From positions 1-61,023 of the forward strand of contig DATGPC010000050.1 of the NCBI GenBank assembly GCA_035305265.1: a DNA stretch of 61,023 nucleotides. Reading direction: 5' to 3'. The translations under genes and the position numbers were made by a program. The notes under the pieces were generated by a model. That model had not been told where the DNA came from, did not search any database, and saw only the letters and a program-made list of their open reading frames with translations. This stretch comes from Thermomicrobiales bacterium. Its GTDB lineage: Bacteria; Chloroflexota; Chloroflexia; Thermomicrobiales; UBA6265. The stretch's first letter is position 1, and each line of letters begins with the position of its first letter. Positions 1 through 9,786 of the stretch are shown here, one piece after another.

Positions 1-545
1 CGCGACAGCGTCGTTTCCCAGATAAAGACGTAGAAAACGCCGAACAGCAACGCCCGGTTGATCACCAGGCTCAGGAACAGGAAGAGCGAACCAAAGCCGA
101 GGATGCCAACCAGCGACGACACGAAGAGCGGCGGGATCAACGAATCCAGGACCTCGAAGTGTCCCCACGCGGCGACCACCCAGATCACCGCCAGTGATGT
201 CCAGACGATCGCCGTCGTCAGGGCCACCACCGAAAGCCACTTCTCGAAGACGATCCGGAACCGGCTCACCGGTTTCAGCGCGAGGTAGTGCAGCGTTTTG
301 TCCTCGATCTCGTTCCCGAGCGCCGCCGTCGCCAGGACCAGCGTCGCCAGCGGCAACAGCGTCGAGGCGAACAGCCCGAGGTAGATATCGTCGGAGATCA
401 GCCACAACAGCTCGATATCGCGGTCATACCCGGTCGGGAAGTGCGGCAGGATCGCGAACAGGATCGGGATCAGGCAGATAACCGCCACGACCAGCAAGGT
501 GCGCGAGCGGGTGTATTGGCGTAACGTCAGGGCCGCAATGGTCAC
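1..545 (-). CDS. ABC-2 family transporter permease, N-terminal part (gene runs off the left window edge)
   Basis: Minus-strand frame is open from position 1 up to a GTG at 545..543. Translation VTIAALTLRQYTRSRTLLVVAVICLIPILF... is multi-TM with high GC3. It lies 40 nt downstream of ATPase 585..1592, repeating the ATPase-permease pattern at 1604..3497. Confidence 0.6.
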   Translation of the reverse strand, partial: MTIAALTLRQYTRSRTLLVVAVICLIPILFAILPHFPTGYDRDIELLWLISDDIYLGLFASTLLPLATLVLATAALGNEIEDKTLHYLALKPVSRFRIVFEKWLSVVALTTAIVWTSLAVIWVVAAWGHFEVLDSLIPPLFVSSLVGILGFGSLFLFLSLVINRALLFGVFYVFIWETTLS

Positions 546-584
546 GTTGGCAACTCTCTTTCGACGCGCCGGACTCGCGCCGGT

Positions 585-1592
585 CTACTGCTTCACCAGG
601 TACGAGAAGACCGACGTCAGGGAATCGTCCGTGGGTTGCATCTCGAACAGCCGCACGTCCGCGTGCTGCGCCGCCCGTGGGACAACCTGGAAAAAGGAGC
701 GAACATCCCGGGTGTGGACCAGGAGCCGGCCTTGCCGGTCGATCTCGATGCCGCTCACCATCGGCTGCGTGATGAGCAGCGAGCCGAGCTTGCGCGGGTC
801 GGACGCGCGGATCCGGATCTCGTGATCGTGCGCGTCGATCCGGTCGCGAATCGCGCGGAAATCGCCGGCCGCCGCCAGCTTGCCGTTGATGATGACCAGG
901 ATGTTATGGGCGAAGCGCTCGACCTCGACGAGGACGTGAGACGAGACAACGACCGTCTTGCCCTGCCGCCCGAGCTCCCGGATGAGCCGGATGATCTCCG
1001 CGCGCTGGACCGGGTCGGTCCCGTTCAGCGGCTCGTCCATCAGGATGACATCCGGGTTATGGACCAACGCGCCAGCGATCTTGATGCGCTGCCGCATGCC
1101 CTTCGAGTACCCGCCGACCTTGCGTTCCGCAGCTGATTGCATATTGACGAGGTCGATCGCGCGCTCCACGGCCTCTTTCGCGTTCGGCAGCTTCTGGAGC
1201 TTCGCGTTGAGCGTGACGAACTCCCGCCCCGTCAGGAACGGATAGATCAGCTCGTTCTCGGAGACCAGCCCGAGCGACCGATAGGTCGTCGCGTCACCTC
1301 GCGGCTCCTTCCCCTTCACCCGCACCTCTCCGGCCGATGGGGGCAGCAACCCGGCCATCATCTTCAACGTGGTCGACTTGCCGGCGCCGTTGGGCCCGAG
1401 CAGGCCCGTGACGCCGGGACCGATATCGAAGCTGATATCGCTGACCGCGACGATGTCCCCGAACCAGCGTGAAACATGATCGAGCGAGATCGCAACCTCA
1501 CCGTTCCTCGTTGCGGGGTTCTCCTCCAAAGGCACGTCCGACACGACGACGGAGGGCGCATCTTTCATTTTCGATCGGGATCGTCCGAACAC
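585..1592 (-). CDS. ABC transporter ATP-binding protein
   Basis: Walker A GPNGAGKST, ABC signature YSKGMRQR and Walker B ILMDEP in the 335-aa ORF. Confidence 0.9.
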   Translation of the reverse strand: MFGRSRSKMKDAPSVVVSDVPLEENPATRNGEVAISLDHVSRWFGDIVAVSDISFDIGPGVTGLLGPNGAGKSTTLKMMAGLLPPSAGEVRVKGKEPRGDATTYRSLGLVSENELIYPFLTGREFVTLNAKLQKLPNAKEAVERAIDLVNMQSAAERKVGGYSKGMRQRIKIAGALVHNPDVILMDEPLNGTDPVQRAEIIRLIRELGRQGKTVVVSSHVLVEVERFAHNILVIINGKLAAAGDFRAIRDRIDAHDHEIRIRASDPRKLGSLLITQPMVSGIEIDRQGRLLVHTRDVRSFFQVVPRAAQHADVRLFEMQPTDDSLTSVFSYLVKQ

Positions 1593-1603
1593 CTTACCGC
1601 CTC

Positions 1604-2527
1604 CTAAACGTCGTCACGAGGTGCGTAGCGCCAGCGCAGGATGAACCAGGCGAGAACCGTGAGCCCAAGCATGTAGGCGATCAGGCCTCCCAGCGGGAGA
1701 TCCAGCTGCTGGACAAACTCATCGGGCGTCGTGGAATCACTGAACAGGCGATCGCTGAGGCTCGCGACCAGCGTGTTCAGGTCCGCGAGCAGGAACCATC
1801 GGCTCCATTCGTACTCGTCGAGCGTGATCGCGAGGGCTTGCGCCGCCCCGGTCAACACAAGGAAGCCGATCAGGATGATGGTGATCGCGACGCCCTTGCG
1901 ATTCGTGAACGACGAGATCATCAATCCCAGCGTCCCCAGCAGGAGCGAGGTAATCACGCCGAGCATCAGGATCTTCCAGAGATCGTCGATGTTGTCCACC
2001 ATGGCCTGGCGAATATTGTCCGATGTCAGCTGGCGCCCCAGCCACAACAGCACACCCGGCAGGCCGGTCATGGTCATGGTCAGCAGCGACATCGCCACGA
2101 CCTTCGCGAGGACATAGTCGCCGCGATAGATCGCGCGGGAGAAGTACAGCGGCAATGTCCGCTCGTGCCGATCGACACAGATCATCTCCGGCGCGGCGAT
2201 CGCGACGAACAGGCCAACCAGCATGAAGATGCCGCTGAAGTAGTCGGAATAGGACGCGAACGGGAAATCCGGCACGATCGCGGTGATGCCGATCATGATG
2301 ATCAGTGGGATGCTCGCGGAGAGGTAGAGCAGGAATGGCATGATCTTCGCCGTCCAGCTCTTGCGGATGCCCATCGCCCGCTTCATCGAATAGCCGATCA
2401 GCGAGGTGATGGCTCCACGGCGTCCACGACGTGGACCGTCGTAATGCTTGTAACCACGGTCGAAAACCTCGCCGTACCGTTCCGGCATCTCAGCCACGGT
2501 CGGCACGGCGGCTCTCTCAGCTGACAC
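1604..2527 (-). CDS. ABC-2 family transporter permease
   Basis: 307-aa ORF with multiple hydrophobic helices. Its start overlaps the stop of ATPase 2517..3497 by 11 nt (coupled). Confidence 0.8.
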   Translation of the reverse strand: MSAERAAVPTVAEMPERYGEVFDRGYKHYDGPRRGRRGAITSLIGYSMKRAMGIRKSWTAKIMPFLLYLSASIPLIIMIGITAIVPDFPFASYSDYFSGIFMLVGLFVAIAAPEMICVDRHERTLPLYFSRAIYRGDYVLAKVVAMSLLTMTMTGLPGVLLWLGRQLTSDNIRQAMVDNIDDLWKILMLGVITSLLLGTLGLMISSFTNRKGVAITIILIGFLVLTGAAQALAITLDEYEWSRWFLLADLNTLVASLSDRLFSDSTTPDEFVQQLDLPLGGLIAYMLGLTVLAWFILRWRYAPRDDV

Positions 2528-3497
2528 CGGCCACCTCCCGACTCGCGTTCACGTTGCCAAGGTAAATGTCTTCCAGAGACTTCGATCGCGACCGCAGGCT
2601 CCGGATCGTGACCTGGCGAGCGACGGCGACGTCCCGGACGACGTCGTAGATGCGCTCGTCATGGACGTCAACGACGATCTGCGGCATGCCCGTGACTTCG
2701 GACGGCATCTCCGACACCGTGACGCCCTGCTCCCGCAGGGCCTCGATGAACGGCGCATGAGGTCCATCGATGTCGATCGAGACCTGCCCCAGCGTCTCGT
2801 TCACGTCGCCAAGCGGTTGGGAGGCCAGCAGCCGGCCGCCGTCGAGGATGACGACGTAATCACACACCCGCTCGATGTCCTCGAGGATGTGGGATGAGAA
2901 CACGACGGAGATACCCATCCGGCGATAGATGCGCTCGACCAGCTCCAGCATCTCTTCGCGCCCTTGCGGATCCATACCCGCGGTGGGCTCGTCGAGGAAC
3001 ACCAGTTTCGGATCGTGCACGATCGCCTGCGCCAGCTTCACTCGCTGCCGCATACCGGTCGAGAACCCCTTGATCAGCCGGTACCGCTCTTCGCCGAGCC
3101 CAACCTGGTACAGGACGTCCGCCGCTCGTTGTCGGGCCTCGCGAGGCGGCAACCCGCTCATCTCGGCCATGTGGCCGACGAAGTCCGCCGCCGTCGTGGA
3201 CATTGGGAGCGCGTCTGCCTCCGGCATATACCCGACCTGCTCGCGAACCTTGATCCCCTGCGACCGCGTGTCGAACCCCACCACTTTCGCCGAACCCGAG
3301 GTCGGCCGGATAATCCCCAGCAGGCTGCGGATGAGCGTGGTCTTGCCCGCACCATTCGCGCCCAGGAGGCCAACCGAGGCGGACGGGATCGAAAGGTCGA
3401 TGTTATCCAGGGCCAGGAATCCCCGGTACCGTTTGGTAAACCCCTTCGTCTCGATGACGGGAGCCTGGTTTCCGGCTATTTCCGTCTGTGATGACAT
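2517..3497 (-). CDS. ABC transporter ATP-binding protein
   Basis: Walker A GANGAGKTT, signature FSTGMRQR, Walker B VFLDEP. Start set at ATG 3497 (MSSQTEIAG...) because GAGAGAGG lies about 12 nt upstream. The longest ORF reaches 3551. Confidence 0.85.
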   Translation of the reverse strand: MSSQTEIAGNQAPVIETKGFTKRYRGFLALDNIDLSIPSASVGLLGANGAGKTTLIRSLLGIIRPTSGSAKVVGFDTRSQGIKVREQVGYMPEADALPMSTTAADFVGHMAEMSGLPPREARQRAADVLYQVGLGEERYRLIKGFSTGMRQRVKLAQAIVHDPKLVFLDEPTAGMDPQGREEMLELVERIYRRMGISVVFSSHILEDIERVCDYVVILDGGRLLASQPLGDVNETLGQVSIDIDGPHAPFIEALREQGVTVSEMPSEVTGMPQIVVDVHDERIYDVVRDVAVARQVTIRSLRSRSKSLEDIYLGNVNASREVAGVS

Positions 3498-3734
3498 TGG
3501 CGCGTTCGCCTCTCTCGCGTGAATCCAGCCACAATACAGGGCACCACGCAATGTGTGCCCCGTCCGTTCCTTCGCAGTGTATCACCGGCGAAAACCGGCA
3601 TATATCCCGGAAGTGTCACAGCATCGCAATGACCCTTCAGGCCGAATTTCGGTACCCGTTGTCGCTCCCGGGCAGATACACATTACGACTTGACGTTTTA
3701 ATCAAAGCAGGGGATCATTTTGGTACCCGGACTA

Positions 3735-3764
3735 TTGACAGAACGTACATCGATCTCCTATTCT
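3735..3764 (+). promoter_or_regulatory. Candidate sigma-70 type promoter for the small gene 3849..4070
   Basis: TTGACA (3735..3740), 18-nt spacer, TATTCT (3759..3764), inside a locally AT-richer intergenic stretch. Confidence 0.35.
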
Positions 3765-3848
3765 GATCGTAGTCAAACGTTCTCCTCATTTGTCCGTCGA
3801 TCAAGATATTTTCCGGGGCAAGGGTTCCACGGTAACAGGAGGGTTAGG

Positions 3849-4070
3849 ATGCACCGCTCGTCCAACGAACTGGTCAACGAAGATCGCTCGATGTCACGCC
3901 GCAAGGCAATCAAGGGCGGGCTTGCTGCCGCCGCCGGCGCTGTTGCCGCTGCTATGGCTGCGCGTGCGGGTACTGCTGCTGTGACGCCGCTTGACGTCAA
4001 GCGCCCGGGCTTCACCATGAGCCGGGTCGGCACTCCCACCACGCAGAGCGTGGAAGACGCGGGCGAGTAA
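3849..4070 (+). CDS. Small secreted protein with twin-arginine signal (73 aa), function unknown
   Basis: AGGAGGG RBS before ATG 3849. SRRKAIKGGLAAAAGAVAAAMAARA looks like a Tat signal with an AxA site. A strong terminator follows. Confidence 0.55.
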   Translation: MHRSSNELVNEDRSMSRRKAIKGGLAAAAGAVAAAMAARAGTAAVTPLDVKRPGFTMSRVGTPTTQSVEDAGE

Positions 4071-4094
4071 TCTCGCGAACAACCAGGAATGTCC

Positions 4095-4124
4095 AACAGC
4101 CCGGCGAGCTTTCGCCGGGCTGTT
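4095..4124. terminator. Bidirectional intrinsic terminator hairpin
   Basis: Perfect 13-bp stem AACAGCCCGGCGA / TCGCCGGGCTGTT with a GCTT loop, then CCTTTT. Lies between convergent genes 3849..4070 and 4139..5107. Confidence 0.8.
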
Positions 4125-4138
4125 CCTTTTCGGCCGGT

Positions 4139-5107
4139 TCAGGCCGGCGAGACGACGGGCAGGAGATCGACCCGTAGCGACGATGGCCGGCCATCCGAGC
4201 CAAACGCATCCTCCGACGGCCGCATCGCCCGCGCCCACACCGGCTCGTCCATATCGGGCACGACGATCTGGTACATCACCTCGTAGCCCTCGGCGCTCGT
4301 CGCCGTGGAATCCTCCGGGCCGGCGGCGATACCGGTGATCGCATACCGAGCCCCTTCCTCCAGCAGGAGTTCCCCGATCGTCTCGCCACCGTCTGGATCC
4401 CTCCATAGCGGGATGGATCCCTCGGCTCCCCTGGCGACCATGACCTCGGCCCCTGATCCCGGCGCCTCGCCGTCAAACGCGCGGCGGGCGATCACGTGCG
4501 TCGGGTTCATCCACCCCATTCCGGACGGATGCTCCGGCGCGTCGATGGGCCAGTAGCCAGGCCCGGGAGGACAGTTGGGTCCGCACGTAAAGCTGTATCT
4601 CGGGGAGAGCCCGTTCACCTCGGGCGTCGTCAGGAACCGCCGGATCTCGAAATGCAGGTGGCTGGGCGACCGGCCATCCGTCCGGTCCAGCACCGTGCCG
4701 AGGAGCTGCCCTCGCCTCACCGGGCCGCTCTCCACAGCCAGATCGTAGTCGAGATGCCCGTACATCGAATACAGGTCATCATCGTGCTGGACAATCACGA
4801 CCGGTCCGGGATAATCGAACCCGGCATAGACGATCTCCCCGTCCGCGACGGCATACACATCCGTTCCCGCCGTATCTCCATCCAGCAGGTACCAATTCTC
4901 CCCGGTGTGCCATCCGCCGGGATAAAACGATGTGTTCTCCGTCGCGTACGCGTGGCGCAGGTAGAACCCGTTGCCCGGGATGTCTCCCCGCACGCCGATC
5001 GGGAGGGACCACTGCCACTCCGTCTCCTGCGCTGGCGTCGGGCTTGCGGGGATCGCGGCGAGAACGGCGGCCACGAGGAATGACCGTCGCGAGAATCGGG
5101 TCGGCAT
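4139..5107 (-). CDS. M23 family metallopeptidase (secreted)
   Basis: M23 motifs HTGENWY, VADGEIVYAG, LYSMYGHL and HLHFEIR. N-terminus MPTRFSRRSFLVAAVLAA is Tat/Sec-like. The longest ORF starts at 5140. Confidence 0.85.
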   Translation of the reverse strand: MPTRFSRRSFLVAAVLAAIPASPTPAQETEWQWSLPIGVRGDIPGNGFYLRHAYATENTSFYPGGWHTGENWYLLDGDTAGTDVYAVADGEIVYAGFDYPGPVVIVQHDDDLYSMYGHLDYDLAVESGPVRRGQLLGTVLDRTDGRSPSHLHFEIRRFLTTPEVNGLSPRYSFTCGPNCPPGPGYWPIDAPEHPSGMGWMNPTHVIARRAFDGEAPGSGAEVMVARGAEGSIPLWRDPDGGETIGELLLEEGARYAITGIAAGPEDSTATSAEGYEVMYQIVVPDMDEPVWARAMRPSEDAFGSDGRPSSLRVDLLPVVSPA

Positions 5108-5321
5108 GGAAGCGTGTCCCTTTCCAGAGTCCGGACTCATCCTGGGACGTTAGTATGCCGGAACCGAATCGTGATTTTCATAACGACCCTGGTGGTGTGA
5201 CCCTGTTATGCCACCTACAATGGACTCGAGGGCCCCGTCCCTCAGCGACGTCGATGACTCTGGCGCCTGATGCCCCGTGTCGGCCCAAGGCTCGGAGTGA
5301 AGTGATCAGGAAGCGCGACGC

Positions 5322-6458
5322 ATGACTGCCTCGACGACATCCGGCAAACGAAAAATCGGCATCATCAACAGTGGCGGCGACTGCGCCGGCATCAATACGG
5401 TGATCGCATCCGTCGTCATTGCCGGCTCCCAGATGGGCTACGAATTCTACGGGTTCGAGCTGGGCTGGGAAGGCCTGCTGGACCGCAAGTATCGCCAGCT
5501 GACGGTCAAGGACGCCCATGCGATCGCCCATCTGGGCGGGACGATCCTGCACACTACCAACCGCGGCCGCTTCGCCGCCAAGGTCGGCACCGGCCAGACC
5601 GTCGGCATCGACCCCGAGATTCTGGCCCAGTGCAAGGAGTCCATGGAGGCGCTTGGCGTCGAGGGCCTGATCGTCATCGGTGGCGACGGCACCCTCTCCG
5701 GCGCCCTGCAGTTGGCCCAGACCGATGTCAACATCGTCGGCATCCCGAAGTCGATCGACAATGACCTGAACGCGACCGACCGCACCTTCGGCTTTGCAAC
5801 GGCCGTCCAGGTCGCGGTGGACGCGGTCGACAAGATCAAGACGACCGCCTTCAGCCACAACCGCATCTTCTTCGTCGAATGCATGGGCCGCAACGCCGGC
5901 TGGCTGTCGCTCTACACGGGCGTCGCGTCCGGCGCTGACGCGATCCTCCTGCCGGAATTCCCGACCTCGCCAGAGAGCATCGTCGAGTTCCTCCGTGAGC
6001 GGCGCGACCATCACCGCCAGTCAACCATCGTGGTCGTCTCCGAAGCCTTCGAGCTTGATGGCCAACTGGTGACCCTCGGCAACGACTACACCAACGAGGT
6101 GATCTTCTCGGGCATCTCGAACCAGTTGATCCGCCGGATCGAAAAGATCGCCCCAAACGAATTCGAGATGCGCAACGTCGTGCTTGGACATACGCAGCGC
6201 GGCGGATCCCCCATCGCCGACGACCGCATCCTCAGCACCCGATTCGGCACCCGCGCGATCCAGGCCTACGACGAGGGCCAATTCGGTCATATGGTCTCCC
6301 TGCAGAATGACCGCATCGTGACCGTCAAGCTGGAAGACGCGGTGAACCAGCTGAAGCTCGTCACCAAGGACAACGTCCTCTTCCAGGCCGCCTGCAAGAT
6401 GGGCATCTTCTTCGGCGATTCCGTCCCTCAGGAGAAAAAGCACCTGCTCGACGTCTAG
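5322..6458 (+). CDS. pfkA: 6-phosphofructokinase (ATP- or PPi-dependent)
   Basis: GIINSGGDCAGINTVI, IGGDGTL, IPKSIDNDL and MGRNAGWL are PFK family A hallmarks. Confidence 0.9.
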   Translation: MTASTTSGKRKIGIINSGGDCAGINTVIASVVIAGSQMGYEFYGFELGWEGLLDRKYRQLTVKDAHAIAHLGGTILHTTNRGRFAAKVGTGQTVGIDPEILAQCKESMEALGVEGLIVIGGDGTLSGALQLAQTDVNIVGIPKSIDNDLNATDRTFGFATAVQVAVDAVDKIKTTAFSHNRIFFVECMGRNAGWLSLYTGVASGADAILLPEFPTSPESIVEFLRERRDHHRQSTIVVVSEAFELDGQLVTLGNDYTNEVIFSGISNQLIRRIEKIAPNEFEMRNVVLGHTQRGGSPIADDRILSTRFGTRAIQAYDEGQFGHMVSLQNDRIVTVKLEDAVNQLKLVTKDNVLFQAACKMGIFFGDSVPQEKKHLLDV

Positions 6459-6503
6459 GCGGCCCGCCCTCTCGGGCGATACCGCAAAACGAACTGGACG
6501 CGA

Positions 6504-6532
6504 AACGGGGAGGGCATGATGCCCTCCCCGTT
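6504..6532. terminator. Bidirectional terminator hairpin
   Basis: 14-bp perfect stem AACGGGGAGGGCAT / ATGCCCTCCCCGTT between convergent pfk and permease genes. Confidence 0.75.
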
Positions 6533-6559
6533 CTCATGTGTTTCAGCTCTGTGCGCGCC

Positions 6560-7636
6560 CTAGTGCGACTTGCGCGGATCCAGCGCGTCGCGCAGTCCGT
6601 CACCGATGAAGTTGATCGAGAGCACGGTCAGGAAGATCATCGTGCCCGGGACCACCGCTTCATGCGGGCTGAACTGCAGCAGGTCCTTCGCGTTGTAGAG
6701 CATCGCGCCCCACGTCGGCACGTCGTACGGGAAGCCGAGGCCGAGGAACGACAGCGACGACTCCGTAATGATCGCCGAGCCAACCTCGAGCGTCGCCGCC
6801 ACGATGATCGGGCTCATGACGTTCGGCAGGATGTGCTTGAGGATCAGCGTGTGCTCCCTCGCCCCGATCGAGCGCGCCGCCTCCACGAACTCCTTCTCCT
6901 TCATGGAGAGGAAGCTCGCGCGCACGAGTCGCGCGGTCGGCATCCAGGCGAGGACCGCGATGACGCCGACGATCAGGATAAAGGTCCCGAGCTGCCCGGC
7001 GCCCAGGACGTCATCCGCCCAGTTCACGATCGACTCGCGGAACAGGAAGGTGATCAGGAGCAGGAGCGGCAGGGTCGGGAGGCTGATGAATAGGTCCGTG
7101 ATGCGCATGAGGATGCTGTCGACAACGCCGCCGTAGAATCCGGCCGCGGCGCCGATGGCGGTGCCCATGCCGATCGCGATGAACGCGGCGACGATGCCCA
7201 CGGAGAGCGACACACGCCCCCCGAAGAAGATGCGTGCCAGCATGTCCTGACCCATCGAGTCCGTCCCGAAGAAGAAGAACTTGCTCTCTTCCTCACCGGT
7301 CTGGAGGTTCAGGATGCTCTCGGAGCTCGCCACGCCAAGGCTGGTCGGGTACTTGAACGGCGAGAAATACGCCTCCGTGTACACGAGCGGGCCGATGAAG
7401 CAGGCGAGGACGAAGAAGACGAAGACGATCATGCCTGCCATCGCCAGCTTGTGGCGGCGGAACTGGCGCCATGCGTTCCCCCACAGCGAACGCTGGGGAC
7501 GAACGCGAGCGGCTTCGGCGCTCGCGAGCGTGACCCGGGTTGCCGAGCCCGCAGCCTGCCCGGAAACCTCGGCGGCGGCCGGGCTTGCCTCGACCGGAGT
7601 GCCCTTGGTGTTTGATGGATTCCTGGTGACGGACAT
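6560..7636 (-). CDS. Peptide/nickel-type ABC transporter permease (DppC/OppC family)
   Basis: Binding-protein-dependent transport inner-membrane component with an EAA-like loop (EAARSIGA). Start at ATG 7636, preceded by AAGGGAA. The longest ORF reaches 7651. Confidence 0.85.
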   Translation of the reverse strand: MSVTRNPSNTKGTPVEASPAAAEVSGQAAGSATRVTLASAEAARVRPQRSLWGNAWRQFRRHKLAMAGMIVFVFFVLACFIGPLVYTEAYFSPFKYPTSLGVASSESILNLQTGEEESKFFFFGTDSMGQDMLARIFFGGRVSLSVGIVAAFIAIGMGTAIGAAAGFYGGVVDSILMRITDLFISLPTLPLLLLITFLFRESIVNWADDVLGAGQLGTFILIVGVIAVLAWMPTARLVRASFLSMKEKEFVEAARSIGAREHTLILKHILPNVMSPIIVAATLEVGSAIITESSLSFLGLGFPYDVPTWGAMLYNAKDLLQFSPHEAVVPGTMIFLTVLSINFIGDGLRDALDPRKSH

Positions 7637-7688
7637 GTGATTTCCCTTCATTCACACCGGCCCGGGAAGACCGTGCGAACACCTCATG

Positions 7689-8636
7689 CTAGCTGTACTT
7701 AATGCGGGGATCCATCAGCGCATACAGGATGTCCGCGATGATATTGAACACAACGACCAGGATCGCGATGCCGAAGGTGATCGCCATGACCACCGGGATG
7801 TCCTTCGACTGCATGGCCCGGATGAGCGCGCTGCCGATACCCGGAATGAGGAAGATCTGCTCGGTGATGATCGCGCCGCCGACCACGCCCGGAACCTGCA
7901 TCGCGATGATCGTGATCACCGGGATCAGCGCGTTCCGCATGGCGTGCGCGACGATGACCAACCGCTCCTTCAGGCCCTTCGCCCGGGCGGTTCGGACATA
8001 GTCCTGCCCGATCGTTTCGAGCATGGAGGCACGGGTATACCTCGTTAATTGGGCCGATGAGAAGAGCGCCAGCACGGTAATGGGCATGATCGATTGTTTG
8101 ATCGTGCCCCAGAAACTTTGGACGTCCGCGTTATAGATAAACGGCAACCAGCCCAGCTTCACACTGAAGAGAAGGATTAACAGGAGGCCGGAGAAGAACG
8201 TCGGGATCGAGTAGCCGATGAAGGCGAACGTCGTCGCGATGTTGTCGAACCACGAGTACTGCTTGACGGCGGAGATCACGCCCACCGGGATCGCGATCAG
8301 GATACCGAGCAGGAACGCTGTACCGGAGATCGAGAGAGTCACCCCGATCCGGTTCATCAGGTAATCCTTGACCGGAATTCGCGACGTGAACGACTGTCCC
8401 CAGTCGAAGTCGATGAAGTAGGCCTTCGCCCATTTGAAGTACTGCTGGTAGAGCGGATCGTCCAACCCGTAGCTTTCCCGGATACGCTGGCGCACCTCGG
8501 GCGAGACATTCGGGTTGGCGGCCAGCTCGCCGAGCGGGTCACCAGGTGCAAGGAACAGGATCGAATAGATGATCATGCTGATGGCGATCAGCGTGATGAC
8601 CGAGATGATCCCGCGACGAATAAGGTATCGGCCCAC
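7689..8636 (-). CDS. Peptide/nickel-type ABC transporter permease (DppB/OppB family)
   Basis: 315 aa with the typical MGRYLIRR... N-terminus and YVRTARAKGL EAA motif. Confidence 0.9.
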   Translation of the reverse strand: MGRYLIRRGIISVITLIAISMIIYSILFLAPGDPLGELAANPNVSPEVRQRIRESYGLDDPLYQQYFKWAKAYFIDFDWGQSFTSRIPVKDYLMNRIGVTLSISGTAFLLGILIAIPVGVISAVKQYSWFDNIATTFAFIGYSIPTFFSGLLLILLFSVKLGWLPFIYNADVQSFWGTIKQSIMPITVLALFSSAQLTRYTRASMLETIGQDYVRTARAKGLKERLVIVAHAMRNALIPVITIIAMQVPGVVGGAIITEQIFLIPGIGSALIRAMQSKDIPVVMAITFGIAILVVVFNIIADILYALMDPRIKYS

Positions 8637-9057
8637 GTCAGGCTCCTTCGGAGATGGAAAACATTAGAACAGGCGCACACCGCAAAACGGCAACGCCATT
8701 CGATCCCCCGTAACCCATGCGGCGCCTACGGCACTGCCCAGCCAGAGGGTTACAGCGCCGACGCCAACACGACCGCACACGCTCGTCGTATGCGTCGCTG
8801 ATCCCGGGGGCTCCATTGCCCCGCCCTTAGGGAATTTCGATCATGCTACGGGCCACGATCGCATTGCGTCAAGTAAATCGACATTCTCGACTGGCAACAT
8901 TGCCCGGCTTTCCGTCTCCCACGCACGACCGGATTGTGAAAGCACGCACAAAAGGCCTCGCAATTGTGCCCTGAATACCAATGCCCCAAGGTCGCCAAAC
9001 CCTGCCGGTCGTGCACAATTGGCGCGAACTGTCGATCGCTCATTCAGGGAGGCTCCC

Positions 9058-9786
9058 ATGTCATCCGCGTCTTCACCCCGCCGCGCACCCGTTCCGGACG
9101 CGATTGCCGCGCTCCACGGCGGCCTCGTCGTCTCCTGCCAGGCGGGTGACCAGACGAACCCACTCTACGGTCCGGAAACGATGGCGCTGATGGCCCGGGC
9201 GGCCGAGATCGGCGGCGCTGTCGCCCTGCGCGTCAACGGACCGGACGACACCCGGGCCGTGATGGCCGCGACATCACTCCCCGTCCTCGCCATCAACAAG
9301 GTCGACTATCCGGATTCCGACGTCCGGATCACGCCGACCGTGGCCGATACGATCGCCATCCTCGAGACCGGCGCACCCTTCATCGCGCTGGACGGAACCA
9401 ACCGTCCACGACCGAATGGTGAACGCCTCGTCGACAGCGTCAACGCCATCCATGAGCGGGGCGCGTACGCCTTCGCCGACCTCGCCACCCGCGACGACCT
9501 CGCGGGCGCGATCGAAGCGGGCGTCGACGCGGTCGGCACCACCCTGAGTGGCTATACCGCCGAGAGCGCGACGGATTCCGACGAACCCGATCTCGATTTG
9601 CTCGCCTGGCTCGTGACCTACTCGCCCGTGCCGGTCTATGCCGAAGGCCGCTACTGGACGCCGGAGCAGGCCGCCGCCGCGCTGGAGATCGGCGCGTCCT
9701 TCGTCGTCGTTGGCACCGCGATCACCAACCCGATGAAGATCACCCAGCGCTTCGTAACGGCCATCCGCCGGGAGCGCGGAGCATGA
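9058..9786 (+). CDS. nanE: N-acylglucosamine/mannosamine-6-phosphate 2-epimerase
   Basis: GGLVVSCQA...NPLYGPE...ALRVNG matches the NanE family. AGGGAGG RBS before ATG 9058. Confidence 0.8.
   Translation: MSSASSPRRAPVPDAIAALHGGLVVSCQAGDQTNPLYGPETMALMARAAEIGGAVALRVNGPDDTRAVMAATSLPVLAINKVDYPDSDVRITPTVADTIAILETGAPFIALDGTNRPRPNGERLVDSVNAIHERGAYAFADLATRDDLAGAIEAGVDAVGTTLSGYTAESATDSDEPDLDLLAWLVTYSPVPVYAEGRYWTPEQAAAALEIGASFVVVGTAITNPMKITQRFVTAIRRERGA

Noticed and set aside
1469-2524. Long antisense or shadow ORFs typical of high-GC DNA. Examples: 1469..2524+, 5178..6014-, 22085..23494+, 23868..24869+, 24996..27116+, 31194..32231-, 33084..34442-, 34443..35783+, 40987..42111+, 43618..44814-, 46863..48308+, 48999..49982+, 52326..53288+, 54202..55287+, 56317..57639+.
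   Set aside because: Each lies opposite a gene with clear family motifs. Their translations are Arg/Pro/Gly/Asp-rich low-complexity text with no motifs or RBS.
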